Of a stretch of DNA of 64,000 bases, positions 47,062 through 56,231 are shown piece by piece (positions within the stretch are counted from its first letter, which is position 1; each line of letters starts with the position of its first letter). The position numbers were made by a program, and so were the translations under genes. The stretch is from positions 1-64,000 of the IMG/VR virus record IMGVR_UViG_3300049137_000157. One strand, given 5' to 3'. This DNA is from a virus. The notes under the pieces are model-generated. The model had not been told where the DNA came from, made no database searches, and saw nothing but the letters and a program-made list of their open reading frames with translations.

Positions 47062-48102
47062 TTACGGACGCTGGAGGAGCTTCAGAGCCTGCTGCGACAG
47101 ACCAGAAGCAGCACCCGCCTTGGGCAGGATCGGGGCCGACTGAGGTCGCTTCCGATCCGTCCGAGGCAGATCCCCGTGGAGAGAGTAGTTCTCCAGTCCG
47201 ACAGTCAATTCATCGTCCCGCTGTCGCTTCTTCTCCGTCCTGACCTGGGGCGCATCCTGCTGCTCCAGTTGCGGGACAACCGTCTTGCACAAGAAGAGGT
47301 GAGGGACGTTGATCCGGGGCGTGACCCTCGACGTCATGTGCTCGACCAGGTCGCGAACGCTCCACCCCTTGCGGAGCAGACCTGCCGAGGCGAGAGCGAC
47401 TTCCTGCGCATGTCCGTAGAGCAGCGGTCGCTTGTTGTCCGCCATCTTCTGCATCAGAGCGGTCGTCAGCTCGTTGACCGGGGTCGTCAGCTCCTCGGCA
47501 GAAACTGCCTCCGGGGGCTCTTCGTGCCGAATCTCTTCCAAGGTCTCCCCACGCGGAGAGGGCATCTCCACGTCCTGGATCTTCGGCCGCTCCGTGAAAG
47601 TCTTCATGCCGCCCCAGGGGTCCGTGGGGACCTCCGCCTGCGGAGCGTCCATGTCGTCGGGCCAGGTGTCTTCGATCTCGTCGACCTCGGGCTTCGACAT
47701 CTTCGCGCCGTCCGGCAGGACCGGCGTGTAACCGCCGTCGCGGTGCTTGTCGTCCCGGTAGCACATGCCCTTCTCGCCCTTGAAGTCCTTCGGCGGTTCG
47801 AGGACGAACTCGTAGATGCCGGGACGTCCCCGCCCACCGAGAATCCGGCGGAGCAGGCCGAGCTTCACCAACTCCTTCAGTCCCTCGGAGATCCAGGCGT
47901 TGGATCCGAGTTCCGGACGGCGCTCGGCCAGACGCAGGGCGTTCACGGAGAAGGCGTGCTCGGGGATGCCCTGAGCGTTGTGCCGAGTCCGCGCCCGGAG
48001 AACGAGGTAGAGGCGGAGCGCGTTGCCGGACAGACCCGGGGTGTCGATGACCCAGTGCGGGATACCGGCAAAGGGGTAAGGACGCCTGGTGTTACGACGC
48101 AT
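47062..48102 (-). CDS. phage-type replication initiator-like protein (N-terminal wHTH)
   Basis: PFAGIPHWVIDTPGLSGNALRLYLVL...LKELVKLGLL; directly upstream of dnaB. Confidence 0.65.
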   Translation of the reverse strand: MRRNTRRPYPFAGIPHWVIDTPGLSGNALRLYLVLRARTRHNAQGIPEHAFSVNALRLAERRPELGSNAWISEGLKELVKLGLLRRILGGRGRPGIYEFVLEPPKDFKGEKGMCYRDDKHRDGGYTPVLPDGAKMSKPEVDEIEDTWPDDMDAPQAEVPTDPWGGMKTFTERPKIQDVEMPSPRGETLEEIRHEEPPEAVSAEELTTPVNELTTALMQKMADNKRPLLYGHAQEVALASAGLLRKGWSVRDLVEHMTSRVTPRINVPHLFLCKTVVPQLEQQDAPQVRTEKKRQRDDELTVGLENYSLHGDLPRTDRKRPQSAPILPKAGAASGLSQQALKLLQRP

Positions 48103-48262
48103 TTTTGTGTAATCTCCTTTGCGGATAGTGGGTTTTCGTTCTGATGGCACTTGCTCCGCTTCGTGGGGAGGCGGACGCCAGGACCGAAAACAGGTCACGA
48201 GGGTTCGAGTGGCGCTCGAACTTCTTGAAGGGCTCCCGTGGGGACGGGGGCCCTTCTGCTTT

Positions 48263-48682
48263 TCACGCAGGGATGGGCAGGTTCTCCACACCCTGGAGTT
48301 CGGGGACGTCGCTGCGGTCGAGTCGTCCCGCCAGGACATCCCGGATGCGTGGGGGGTACGTCTCCCACTGGATTCGCAGGGAGTTGTCGCGGTGCCGTCG
48401 GAGCAGCGTCAGCGCTCCGACCCGCAGGAGTTCGTTCATCAGGTAGCCGGGCTGCTTGACCCCCGTGACGCCGATCGCCCACTCCGGAGTGATGGTCACT
48501 TCCCAGCCCTGCCGGTCGCTGCGCAGGTCCCCGCTGCGGAACGACTCCCTCACCACATGGACGAAGAGCTTCGTCGCGCCCGGCGAGAGATCGAGGTCGA
48601 AGAGCCAGCGCGGAATCTCCACGAAGCCCCCGAAGTAGTCCATCTCGTGACCGCTCAAGGGCATACGGATCTTGGTCGTCAT
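48263..48682 (-). CDS. initiator-like wHTH paralogue (short)
   Basis: FVEIPRWLFDLDLSPGATKLF...LMNELLRVGAL. Confidence 0.6.
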   Translation of the reverse strand: MTTKIRMPLSGHEMDYFGGFVEIPRWLFDLDLSPGATKLFVHVVRESFRSGDLRSDRQGWEVTITPEWAIGVTGVKQPGYLMNELLRVGALTLLRRHRDNSLRIQWETYPPRIRDVLAGRLDRSDVPELQGVENLPIPA

Positions 48683-48699
48683 GCCTTCTCCTTTCCGGT

Positions 48700-49690
48700 G
48701 CCTCGACTGTACTAGGCCACTTTGCCATCTGTACAGCGGCACCGCTGAAGTTTCGCGGACCGATTGAACCCACCCGCCGTCCGGGTGCCGACCGATGTCC
48801 GCTTTGGCAGGACACGCTCCCTTTTGCCTTCCCTAGAAAATGCCCGTTTCGTACCGGTTCAAGTTTCAAGTCTGGTTGAACCGGTTTCAACTCAACTTGA
48901 AAATGTTTCCACCCCAGTTGAAAGGCAAAAGCCTCTGACCTGCGGAAATGGGGCCCCGCAGCCACCAACAAGTAAAAGAACTATATGTTGGCCGCTTCGG
49001 CCAAGCCACGACTTCGTCGCGTCTCGTCCTTCGCTCCGGACCTTCCGGTCCCCTACGGCGGCCAGCCGCCATCCCGGATGGGCTTCGCCCACCGGGCTGT
49101 CACCTGTCCACCTTCAGGAACCTCCAGGTCTTTCTCTTGAACCCGCGCGTGCGCACAAGGATCAGCCCCTGCTGATGTGATCGAAGATCAACTCCTCCCC
49201 CTCCAGCCGTGATCGCTTCGCGATCACTCCGTTTTTCGCGCGCGCGAGGCTCTCGCCGGGGAGGGAGGAAGAGGATTTGGATCTTCGATCCGGACAACCC
49301 CGGGCCATCGCGTCGGCCGGGCCCCGTGGTCGGGTGCGGGACTGCTGCGGCCTACCGGGGCCAGGGTCCGGTCCTCGCCTCCGGGTCCCACGGGGATCTC
49401 TGAGCGGCCTTCTCCGGGCTTCCCGGCCCATTCGGGTCCCCGAGTCCGGGCTGGACCCTCACAGGGCCTCTCGGGGCTTTCTGGCGGACCGCCGTCACGG
49501 GACCCCCGCCGGACACCACGCCTGCGCACCCTCGGGTTCCGACCCGGGCCCGACGACCCCGGTGTTCGCCTCGTCGCGGTCCAGCCGTCGTCCGGGGCAC
49601 CTCAAGGGAAAGACAACGAAAGGAGGAAAAAGGGGGACCTTCGGTTCCGCTTGAATGTTCGGCTCACCACCGGCTTTTGTGACAGAGTCG
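48700..49690. other. non-coding divergent region, candidate replication origin
   Basis: AT-richer TTCAA/TTGAA repeats 48853-48925, cluster of short hairpins 48988-49225, adjacent to initiator genes. Confidence 0.45.
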
Positions 49691-49694
49691 GTCC

Positions 49695-50015
49695 ATGTCT
49701 TTCTCGAACACCTCTCCGGATGGACTGCCCTCGCTGCGGACCCCGGAAGGGTTCCTCGCAGACCGGGCCGAGTACTTCGGCGTGGCGGTCGTTCCCCGGT
49801 TGACAGGGTCGGACGGCTGGGACGTCGTACTGCGCCTGGACGGCTCCTACACGGACCGCTCGGATGCCGAGCAAGTGCGTAACGACCTGGCCCTGAAGGT
49901 GTGCCAGCTCGTGCAGGCCATGGCGATGCGAGGTGAGCTGGACCGGTCGGTGGCGGTCAGCTCCCTGACTGAACAGGCTCGCTATGTCCCGAAGTTGAAA
50001 CCTTCCATGGACTAG
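49695..50015 (+). CDS. hypothetical protein
   Basis: coding-like ORF. Confidence 0.55.
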   Translation: MSFSNTSPDGLPSLRTPEGFLADRAEYFGVAVVPRLTGSDGWDVVLRLDGSYTDRSDAEQVRNDLALKVCQLVQAMAMRGELDRSVAVSSLTEQARYVPKLKPSMD

Positions 50016-50065
50016 GCCAGAGGGTATGCTGGAGTCTCTACCCCGAACGAGGAAGGGCGGCAGAG

Positions 50066-50383
50066 GTGGCAACCTGGAACGAGCTTCTCCAGCGCAACAG
50101 GACGGTGACGGTCCACGATCCGGTGATCGCCCACACCTACGCATTGAGCGACGACAACGCTCAGGTGGCTCTGGTCTACGTCTGGGTGGTGTCGCACACG
50201 GGCTTTCGCGTCTTCGTGGCACCCTCTTCGGAACGGCCGGACGGCAAGAACGCGATCGCCTTCTCCTACGACGTCGAAGATCAGTTGCTGCCGATGCATC
50301 TGGCTCACTGGCGTCAGTTCTTCACGGGCTCGACGGGCGACCTTCACATGTCGGACCCGTTCCCGGAGGCGCTGCTCAAGTGA
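50066..50383 (+). CDS. hypothetical protein
   Basis: RBS gagg; paralogous C-terminus with next gene. Confidence 0.6.
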   Translation: MATWNELLQRNRTVTVHDPVIAHTYALSDDNAQVALVYVWVVSHTGFRVFVAPSSERPDGKNAIAFSYDVEDQLLPMHLAHWRQFFTGSTGDLHMSDPFPEALLK

Positions 50384-50739
50384 CCGACGAAGACAGCTCG
50401 AAGCCCGATCGGTTCCCCGTCCCGTTATCCGGTGACGAGGTCGTACAGCCGGATTTCGCGGCCGTCGAGGAGCGGGCCGGAACGGGTGCCTTCGACCCAG
50501 TGTGCTCGCAGTCCTGGTACCCCTGGGGAGGCGCGACCCGCTGGTGCGGCTATCTCGCCTACCAGCTTGCCTCGGGGAGGCTCCGGCTGGTGGTGGTCTT
50601 CTTCTGCAACGACCTCACCAAGGCGAAGCCCGACATGATGTTCTACGACGTAGTTCCCGAGGATCTGGCGCAGCATCTGGCGAACTGGACGACCGTCTTC
50701 AGCCAGATCCCGCCATCACCTCCGGATGACACCGAGTGA
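50380..50739 (+). CDS. hypothetical protein
   Basis: GTGA overlap. Confidence 0.6.
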   Translation: MTDEDSSKPDRFPVPLSGDEVVQPDFAAVEERAGTGAFDPVCSQSWYPWGGATRWCGYLAYQLASGRLRLVVVFFCNDLTKAKPDMMFYDVVPEDLAQHLANWTTVFSQIPPSPPDDTE

Positions 50740-50757
50740 CAGGAAAGGACAAGGAAC

Positions 50758-50976
50758 ATGGCTCTGTACGACGTTCCCCTGGAGGGCACGGCGGGGATCA
50801 CCGTGACCATCGAGACGGACGAGACGGACCCCGAGGTGATCGCCGAGCAGGCTTCGCTGGAGGCCAAGGCGAGCCTGTGCAGCAACTGCTCGGGCAAGGT
50901 CGCCCTCGGGGACGAATGGCTGCCGACGATGGACCCCACGACCGGCAAGGCCGAGGTCACCCGGAAGGACGGGTGA
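50758..50976 (+). CDS. hypothetical protein
   Basis: RBS aagga. Confidence 0.6.
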   Translation: MALYDVPLEGTAGITVTIETDETDPEVIAEQASLEAKASLCSNCSGKVALGDEWLPTMDPTTGKAEVTRKDG

Positions 50977-50980
50977 GCCG

Positions 50981-51409
50981 ATGGACAGCACTCGGGCCGC
51001 GACGGCCCCACGGCGACCCCGGGATCAGGTTGACGAGTTCGCGGCACTGGTTCTGGCCGAACTGCGAGATCGGGGTCTGAGGCGTGGAGCTGTCGCCCCA
51101 GGGCCTCGCGAGATGTCCCGGGACATAGGCGCTCCGTACGAGTTGATGGTCCGCGTCTACCAGTGGCTCCTGGAGAAGCGTCACCTGGTCCGAAGCGCCG
51201 GTACGGCCTTCCGGATCATCACTCTGGAGCGGCAAGAAACGCGATGCATGGCGCGCAGTTCCGTGCCCCATCAGGGTCGGGTGACGGCCGTCTTCTGTGA
51301 AGTAACCAAACCTCACGGGGCTCACCGGGGCGAAGGTCCTGGCGGATCCGTCGTGGAGTGGACCGACGGCCAAGTTCCCAGACAAGTCCGGCGTGCCCCG
51401 GTAGGGTGA
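50981..51409 (+). CDS. GntR-like wHTH regulator (putative)
   Basis: LAELRDRGLRRGAVAPGPREMSRDIGAP...V.RVYQWL. Confidence 0.55.
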   Translation: MDSTRAATAPRRPRDQVDEFAALVLAELRDRGLRRGAVAPGPREMSRDIGAPYELMVRVYQWLLEKRHLVRSAGTAFRIITLERQETRCMARSSVPHQGRVTAVFCEVTKPHGAHRGEGPGGSVVEWTDGQVPRQVRRAPVG

Positions 51410-51443
51410 GAGGTGAAACCCCTTTCGGCAGGGGCGTCACAAA

Positions 51444-51475
51444 GAGGGCGGCTTCTTCATGAAGAAGCCGCCCTC
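51444..51475. repeat. 32-bp perfect palindrome
   Basis: GAGGGCGGCTTCTTCA|TGAAGAAGCCGCCCTC, no loop. Confidence 0.9.
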
Positions 51476-51675
51476 CTTCGCGTCCGGAAGAGGGGCGAAC
51501 CCCGTCCATCAGGATCCTGGGTGGGGGTTCCCAAGAGGGGGTTTCCCAAAGGAGGGGTTCGCCTGGGGCCCGTACGCCGTCTGGGGGTACAACTGGCGCG
51601 GGCACCCGGACGAGTGTAGTGGATCAAGCCTGGGAAGCGGTGTGAAGGTTTGGCGGGAACTTACCTTGAGACGCA

Positions 51676-51718
51676 GAAAACGCACCCCCGGGAGTCGGGC
51701 TTCCAGGGGTGCGTTTTC
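51676..51718 (-). terminator. terminator of 583-aa gene
   Basis: gaaaacgcacccc/ggggtgcgttttc. Confidence 0.65.
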
Positions 51719-51735
51719 AGGTCGGCGGACCGGCG

Positions 51736-53487
51736 TCAGGCGGCGTTCTGCGGGGCTTCCTCGCGGAGCTTGAGGTGGTCGTTGAAGTGCTGGGCAAGGG
51801 CCAGCACGTACGGGGCCTGGCTGGCGTGCTGGTCCCACCAGCTCTGCGGCATGGCGTAGGGACGGCTCTCCAGCACGGACTCGACGGCCAGCAGCAGGTG
51901 GTACATCTTCAGGTCGTCGGAGATCACGCCCTTGAGGATCTTCTCCGCCGCGTCCGTGGCGAGGACGGAGGGCTTCCGCCAGGCGGACTTGTGGATCCTC
52001 TTCCAGTTGTCGACCACCGCCATGACGGACTGCCAGGCCAGGTCGTTCTCGGCGATGACCCCACCGAAGTAAGCGCTCGTGGCCTGCTGGAGGTTCCGGC
52101 GTGCGGTCAGGTACGCGGTCCACTGCTCCAGGCCGTCGTGGCCGTCCGACAGGTTCTGGGCGGTCGCCTTGTCTCCCAGTCCCAGGTCGAGCAGGTCGAA
52201 GAGCTGCTGGGGGGTGAAGTTGGGGTGGTGGGCGGAGACTCGGGTCAAGGCGTTGAGTGCGTCGGTCGTCAGCCCCTTCTGCCGCGCGGTGATCATGGAA
52301 GTGGCGAAGTTGTCCTCGCTCCAGGTGTGGTGTTCCATGAGCTTGGCGAACGCGGTGACGTACGACGGTGCGATCTTCGCGCGGGCCGCGTCGAGAAGGC
52401 GGTCGGGGTAGACCTCGCTCCAGGGGAAGGTCGCCATGCGCTGGGCCTTGTCGTACATGTAGGCCGCGCTGTGCCAGTTCTGGTCGTTGGGCAGGGACAG
52501 CTTGTTCTTGTCCCAGTGGACGAGGGAGAGACCTTCCTGAGCGGCTTCGGCCAGCAGCCGGAAGTCGATCAGGCCGTCCTTCTCGTACTTGTGCCGCTGG
52601 ACCAGGGGCAGGAGCGGCTTCCATTCCTCGGCGGTGAGACCGTTTCGCGCGGCTCGCAGGGCGAGGTCCGCGTCGGCATCCCGGTCGATCAGCTCGGCGA
52701 TCTCGTCGGCGGAGCGGACACCGGCCTCGGCGAACTTCTCCGCCGTCCACGGGGAGATGCCCTTGCGGTACACCTCGACGACCTCGGCATGAGGCATGCC
52801 GTTCTCGATCATTCCGCTGAACACGTGCTCCCGGTAGTGCTCGTGGGCGAGGACGTCGGCGGGGATCGGCTCGTCGCCGATCATCTCCAGCAGGTCCTTC
52901 AGGGCGACACCGGAATCCAGGGCCTTGACGCCGAGATCGTGCAGCGCGTCAGGGGTGTACCCGGAGGCGATCACCTGGTCGATGAAGGTGGCCACGTCCT
53001 CGTCGTAGGCGTTGGGGCAGGGCAGCTCGGTGTCCTGGCCGCGCTGAACAGCTTCCGCCTGGAGGCGGGCGCAAGCCATGAACCAGGGGTAGGTGTCGTC
53101 CGCCGCCTTGGGTGCGTCGTCCCCGAAGTACAGGCTGGCCAGGATGTGGTCGATGGTCGAGGGGCCGCCCGGCAGAGCGTGCTCGGGGTGTCCGTCGAAA
53201 TCGACACCCTGGTCCGTGAGTTCCCGGTGCCGGTCCGCCAGTTCCAGCATCTTCGGCAGGGTGTCCACGCCGACGCTCTCCAGGAGGTGCGTGATCCCCA
53301 GGTCGTTGAGGTAGGTGATCGCTCGCAGCACAGCTCGGCCGAGTGCCTTCTCGGCTTCGGGGGCGGCGGACCGGATCTCGGCGACGACGTCGTTGTACTT
53401 GGTCAGCCGGACCGGCTCCGGCCCCAGGTTGTCGATGACCTCGGTGAGGCTGTCGCGGAAGTCGGTGAGGGACATCTCGGGGCTCAT
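51736..53487 (-). CDS. large hypothetical protein with Phd/YefM-like N-terminus
   Basis: MSLTDFRDSLTEVIDNLGPEPVRLTKYNDVVAEI resembles Phd DNA-binding domain; ATG chosen after aaaggag RBS. Confidence 0.65.
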   Translation of the reverse strand: MSPEMSLTDFRDSLTEVIDNLGPEPVRLTKYNDVVAEIRSAAPEAEKALGRAVLRAITYLNDLGITHLLESVGVDTLPKMLELADRHRELTDQGVDFDGHPEHALPGGPSTIDHILASLYFGDDAPKAADDTYPWFMACARLQAEAVQRGQDTELPCPNAYDEDVATFIDQVIASGYTPDALHDLGVKALDSGVALKDLLEMIGDEPIPADVLAHEHYREHVFSGMIENGMPHAEVVEVYRKGISPWTAEKFAEAGVRSADEIAELIDRDADADLALRAARNGLTAEEWKPLLPLVQRHKYEKDGLIDFRLLAEAAQEGLSLVHWDKNKLSLPNDQNWHSAAYMYDKAQRMATFPWSEVYPDRLLDAARAKIAPSYVTAFAKLMEHHTWSEDNFATSMITARQKGLTTDALNALTRVSAHHPNFTPQQLFDLLDLGLGDKATAQNLSDGHDGLEQWTAYLTARRNLQQATSAYFGGVIAENDLAWQSVMAVVDNWKRIHKSAWRKPSVLATDAAEKILKGVISDDLKMYHLLLAVESVLESRPYAMPQSWWDQHASQAPYVLALAQHFNDHLKLREEAPQNAA

Positions 53488-53546
53488 GTGATCTCTTCTC
53501 CTTTCGGGAGGGGCGGCGGTGACCCGCCGCCCCAGGGGTGTTCCGG

Positions 53547-54044
53547 TCAGGCGCGGTCGTCGATGGTGACGAACGCCTGCTCGCCCGCCGCCCAGATCTG
53601 GTAGCGGATGAGGTCGTTGTCGTCGGCCCCGAGGTTGTAGATGTGAACGGCGTAGCCGTAGGAGTTGTCCCAGGTCTTCAGCCGGTCCGAGGGGCGGGCC
53701 TCTCTGGCGTAGTAGTAGTACTCCCAGCAGGAGGCCCAGTTGGCGAGGGTGCCGACCGTCAGCGTCTCGTCGACCTTGAAGATGTAGGTCTCGGGGGCCA
53801 GGTCGTCGGCCTTGTAGTTCCGCCCGGCGTCGGTGAGGACGGCCAAGGGGATCTGAAGGTCCCCCATCTTGATCAGGCCCCGCTGCTGAGCTGCCGTCAT
53901 GGCGTCCAGCAGGGTCAAGGGGTCGAGTGCGAAGCCCTTGATCGCGGTGGCGAGGTTCTTCGGTGCGCCGAGTTCGTCGGCGGGTCGGTCGAGCAGGGTC
54001 CGCATCACGTCGTCGATGAGGACCGGGTACTTGTGGGGGTCCAT
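53547..54044 (-). CDS. hypothetical protein
   Basis: RBS aaagggag. Confidence 0.65.
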   Translation of the reverse strand: MDPHKYPVLIDDVMRTLLDRPADELGAPKNLATAIKGFALDPLTLLDAMTAAQQRGLIKMGDLQIPLAVLTDAGRNYKADDLAPETYIFKVDETLTVGTLANWASCWEYYYYAREARPSDRLKTWDNSYGYAVHIYNLGADDNDLIRYQIWAAGEQAFVTIDDRA

Positions 54045-54089
54045 GCCTTCTCCCTTTCCGGTGGCGTCTCTCGGTGAGGACGCTCTGTA

Positions 54090-54114
54090 ATCTTGACACA
54101 CCCAAAGTCAAGAT
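54090..54114. promoter_or_regulatory. inverted-repeat operator ATCTTGAC-N9-GTCAAGAT
   Basis: Perfect 8-bp IR containing TTGAC on both strands in an AT-rich patch. Confidence 0.6.
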
Positions 54115-54664
54115 CACAAGTACAAACTTTTCGATCTTGAAAGTTGCAAACATTTCGATCATGAACTGAGATCCGTCGGCTGCCGAGCCCTCCCCAGGTG
54201 CGCGGCCGAACATGCAAGAAGCCCCCCGGACCGAGATCCGGAGGGCTTCTCTGAGCAACTAACCAGGCTGACGCGTATCTGACACGTCCTGGGCAAAATA
54301 CCAGGATCTGCCGTGCGGTCACCACCCGGTCCCGGGGTGAACTACCGTTCCGGCGGAGGACAGATCCCGATCAAGTTGCCCTCGCTGTCCGCCTTCCCGC
54401 AGCAGTCACCTCGGCCGGGGAAGGCTACGCAACGCGGAATGCCCCAGAGCTGACTTCCGGCCCACGCGCCCGCCTCGTATTCGGCCATCGCGTCCAGTGC
54501 GGCGTTCACGCCCTCCGCCCAGATACAGGTGCTGTCCGGGCAGGCGTGATCCCCACTCTCCGGAAGGTACGTCAGGCGGAATCCGTCGATGCTGCACACG
54601 CAGCCCTCGCCGCAGTGATGAGGCGGAGGTGCGCTGCTTTTTCCTTTACTCGCTTCCGGTGGTG

Positions 54665-55237
54665 TCATTGCGAAATTTCTTCACCCTCTCCGATGGCTTC
54701 CTCGGCGCGTTCCGCAAGGATTTCTCGAACCACGTCGATCACGCTTTCCCGGACGTTCTGCTGGGGTACGCTCGGCACGAATCCCCGGGATGGGTTCACA
54801 CCCCGACGCCCGCTCCCTGCTTCCCCCAGGCCGGAGCGGGCGTTGCCCGTCTTCCGCCACGTTTTCACGTAGGCGGCGAGCTTCCTTCTCGCTCCGGTCC
54901 ACCCCATGGCGTTCTGAGGCTCGTCCAGCACGTCGTACCGGCATGCAGCCCCGGAGCTTGCGGCCCCATCCGTGAGGTCGATCAGGACCCCCTCGGCCAG
55001 CAGGCAGTCGAGGGCTTCCCGCACCCGCGTCTTGCTGCTGGGCTTCCCGTTCACTCCGGGCAGCAGCCAGCACACCTGATCCAGAGTCAGAGGCGGGATC
55101 TCTTTTCCTGGCCCCAGCTCGAACTTCAGCGCACGAAGGATGCACCAGAGCCGGAAGGCGGTGGGGGTGAGCCGGTCGCAGAGCATGATCCAGTCCGGGA
55201 TCTTAGTGAAGGCCGGACGGGTTTTTCTCCTGGTCAC
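54665..55237 (-). CDS. initiator-like wHTH paralogue
   Basis: AFTKIPDWIML...LTPTAFRLWCIL...VREALDCLLAEGVL. Confidence 0.65.
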   Translation of the reverse strand: MTRRKTRPAFTKIPDWIMLCDRLTPTAFRLWCILRALKFELGPGKEIPPLTLDQVCWLLPGVNGKPSSKTRVREALDCLLAEGVLIDLTDGAASSGAACRYDVLDEPQNAMGWTGARRKLAAYVKTWRKTGNARSGLGEAGSGRRGVNPSRGFVPSVPQQNVRESVIDVVREILAERAEEAIGEGEEISQ

Positions 55238-55281
55238 GTCTCCCTCCTTTCCGGCTCCAAGTCTAGCTTCTCCGGGGCCTC

Positions 55282-55311
55282 TTGACGGCCTAGGCCACTC
55301 TGTGTCAGAGT
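55282..55311 (+). promoter_or_regulatory. promoter with GGCCTAGGCC (55287-55296) in the spacer
   Basis: TTGACG then exact palindrome, CAGAGT 18 bp after the -35; divergent intergenic region. Confidence 0.65.
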
Positions 55312-55365
55312 CGTTCTTGTCGCCGGGGACGGCGGCCCGGACTGGAGAAGAAAAGGGGCTACACC

Positions 55366-55656
55366 ATGACGAACAAGATCGCGCCCATGGGCTTCGACAC
55401 TGCCGCCGCCGTCCTCACGATGAGTCTGAGTGACGAGGCCAAGCAGAACCTGATCGCCCTCGTGAAGGACGTCGCCGAGAAGCACGGCCACCACGAGGGG
55501 CAGGCTCTGCGGGTCCTTCGCCTGCGGATCCAGCGCGCCGGATGGACGGTCCGCCAGGACGAGAGGCGGACGATCGTCCCCAAGCGGAACGGCGACTGGG
55601 CCCGGGAGGTGTGGGCGAACATCTCGCAGCCCAGGTCCCTGTACGCCACCGCCTGA
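55366..55656 (+). CDS. hypothetical protein
   Basis: RBS aaagggg. Confidence 0.6.
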   Translation: MTNKIAPMGFDTAAAVLTMSLSDEAKQNLIALVKDVAEKHGHHEGQALRVLRLRIQRAGWTVRQDERRTIVPKRNGDWAREVWANISQPRSLYATA

Positions 55657-55722
55657 CCCGGAGGGGGACCCGGCCCGGCCCGCACCGTTGCGGAGCCGGG
55701 CCTTTCTCGTGAAAGAACAGAG

Positions 55723-55911
55723 ATGAAGGAAGTCCTGATGTTCGCGGCGGGGCTGCTGCTCACCGGATGGGTCACCTGGTTCACGGATCTTTCCCTGCTG
55801 CATCGCGTATCCCTGACGGCTGGTGAATTCCTGCTCTTCCAGGCAGCCCGGGGATTGAACCGCCGCGTACGAAACGACCGAACCGACGAAACCGAGGAGC
55901 CGTCACCGTGA
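55723..55911 (+). CDS. small two-TM membrane protein
   Basis: Two hydrophobic segments, charged tail. Confidence 0.55.
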   Translation: MKEVLMFAAGLLLTGWVTWFTDLSLLHRVSLTAGEFLLFQAARGLNRRVRNDRTDETEEPSP

Positions 55912-56015
55912 AGAAGATCAGGAACTGGGCCATGCTGACACTCGCGTCCGCCGCCGTGATTCTGCTGGGCCAGCGAATCGCGGAATCGGTCCCCCTGGAT
56001 CCCGACAACCTGTAA
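55908..56015 (+). CDS. small membrane peptide (35 aa)
   Basis: gaggag RBS, GTGA overlap, one hydrophobic segment. Confidence 0.4.
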   Translation: MKKIRNWAMLTLASAAVILLGQRIAESVPLDPDNL

Positions 56016-56231
56016 TGATCGCTAGCCTGTAGTATGCGGAATCCTCCGCAAAAACCGTGTCGCTCCTGGGCATCTGGAAGCGAACATTCCTGGAAGGGGT
56101 GGGACGTGACGATATCGTGCACGGACACTTCGGACAGGAGCGGAGACACCCCGGCCACGGCCGGGGTCGTTTTTGTTTAAGTTGCGCGGCAAGTGGTGTT
56201 AGCCTGCCAGGGGTTGAGGGGAGATACACGT

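Noticed and set aside
49270-49600. TraB clt locus of GACCCGGA-type 8-mers
   Set aside because: Only a few loose GACCC/GGGTC matches in very GC-rich DNA; no regular same-orientation array
51444-51475. Protelomerase telRL site
   Set aside because: No protelomerase-like gene in the window and the sequence is GC-rich; kept only as an unexplained palindrome
54342-54668. Cys-rich 108-aa ORF
   Set aside because: Plausible but overlapping alternative frames and no family signal; not supported enough to list
55723-56015. Holin/lysis cassette
   Set aside because: No endolysin nearby; membrane character alone is insufficient
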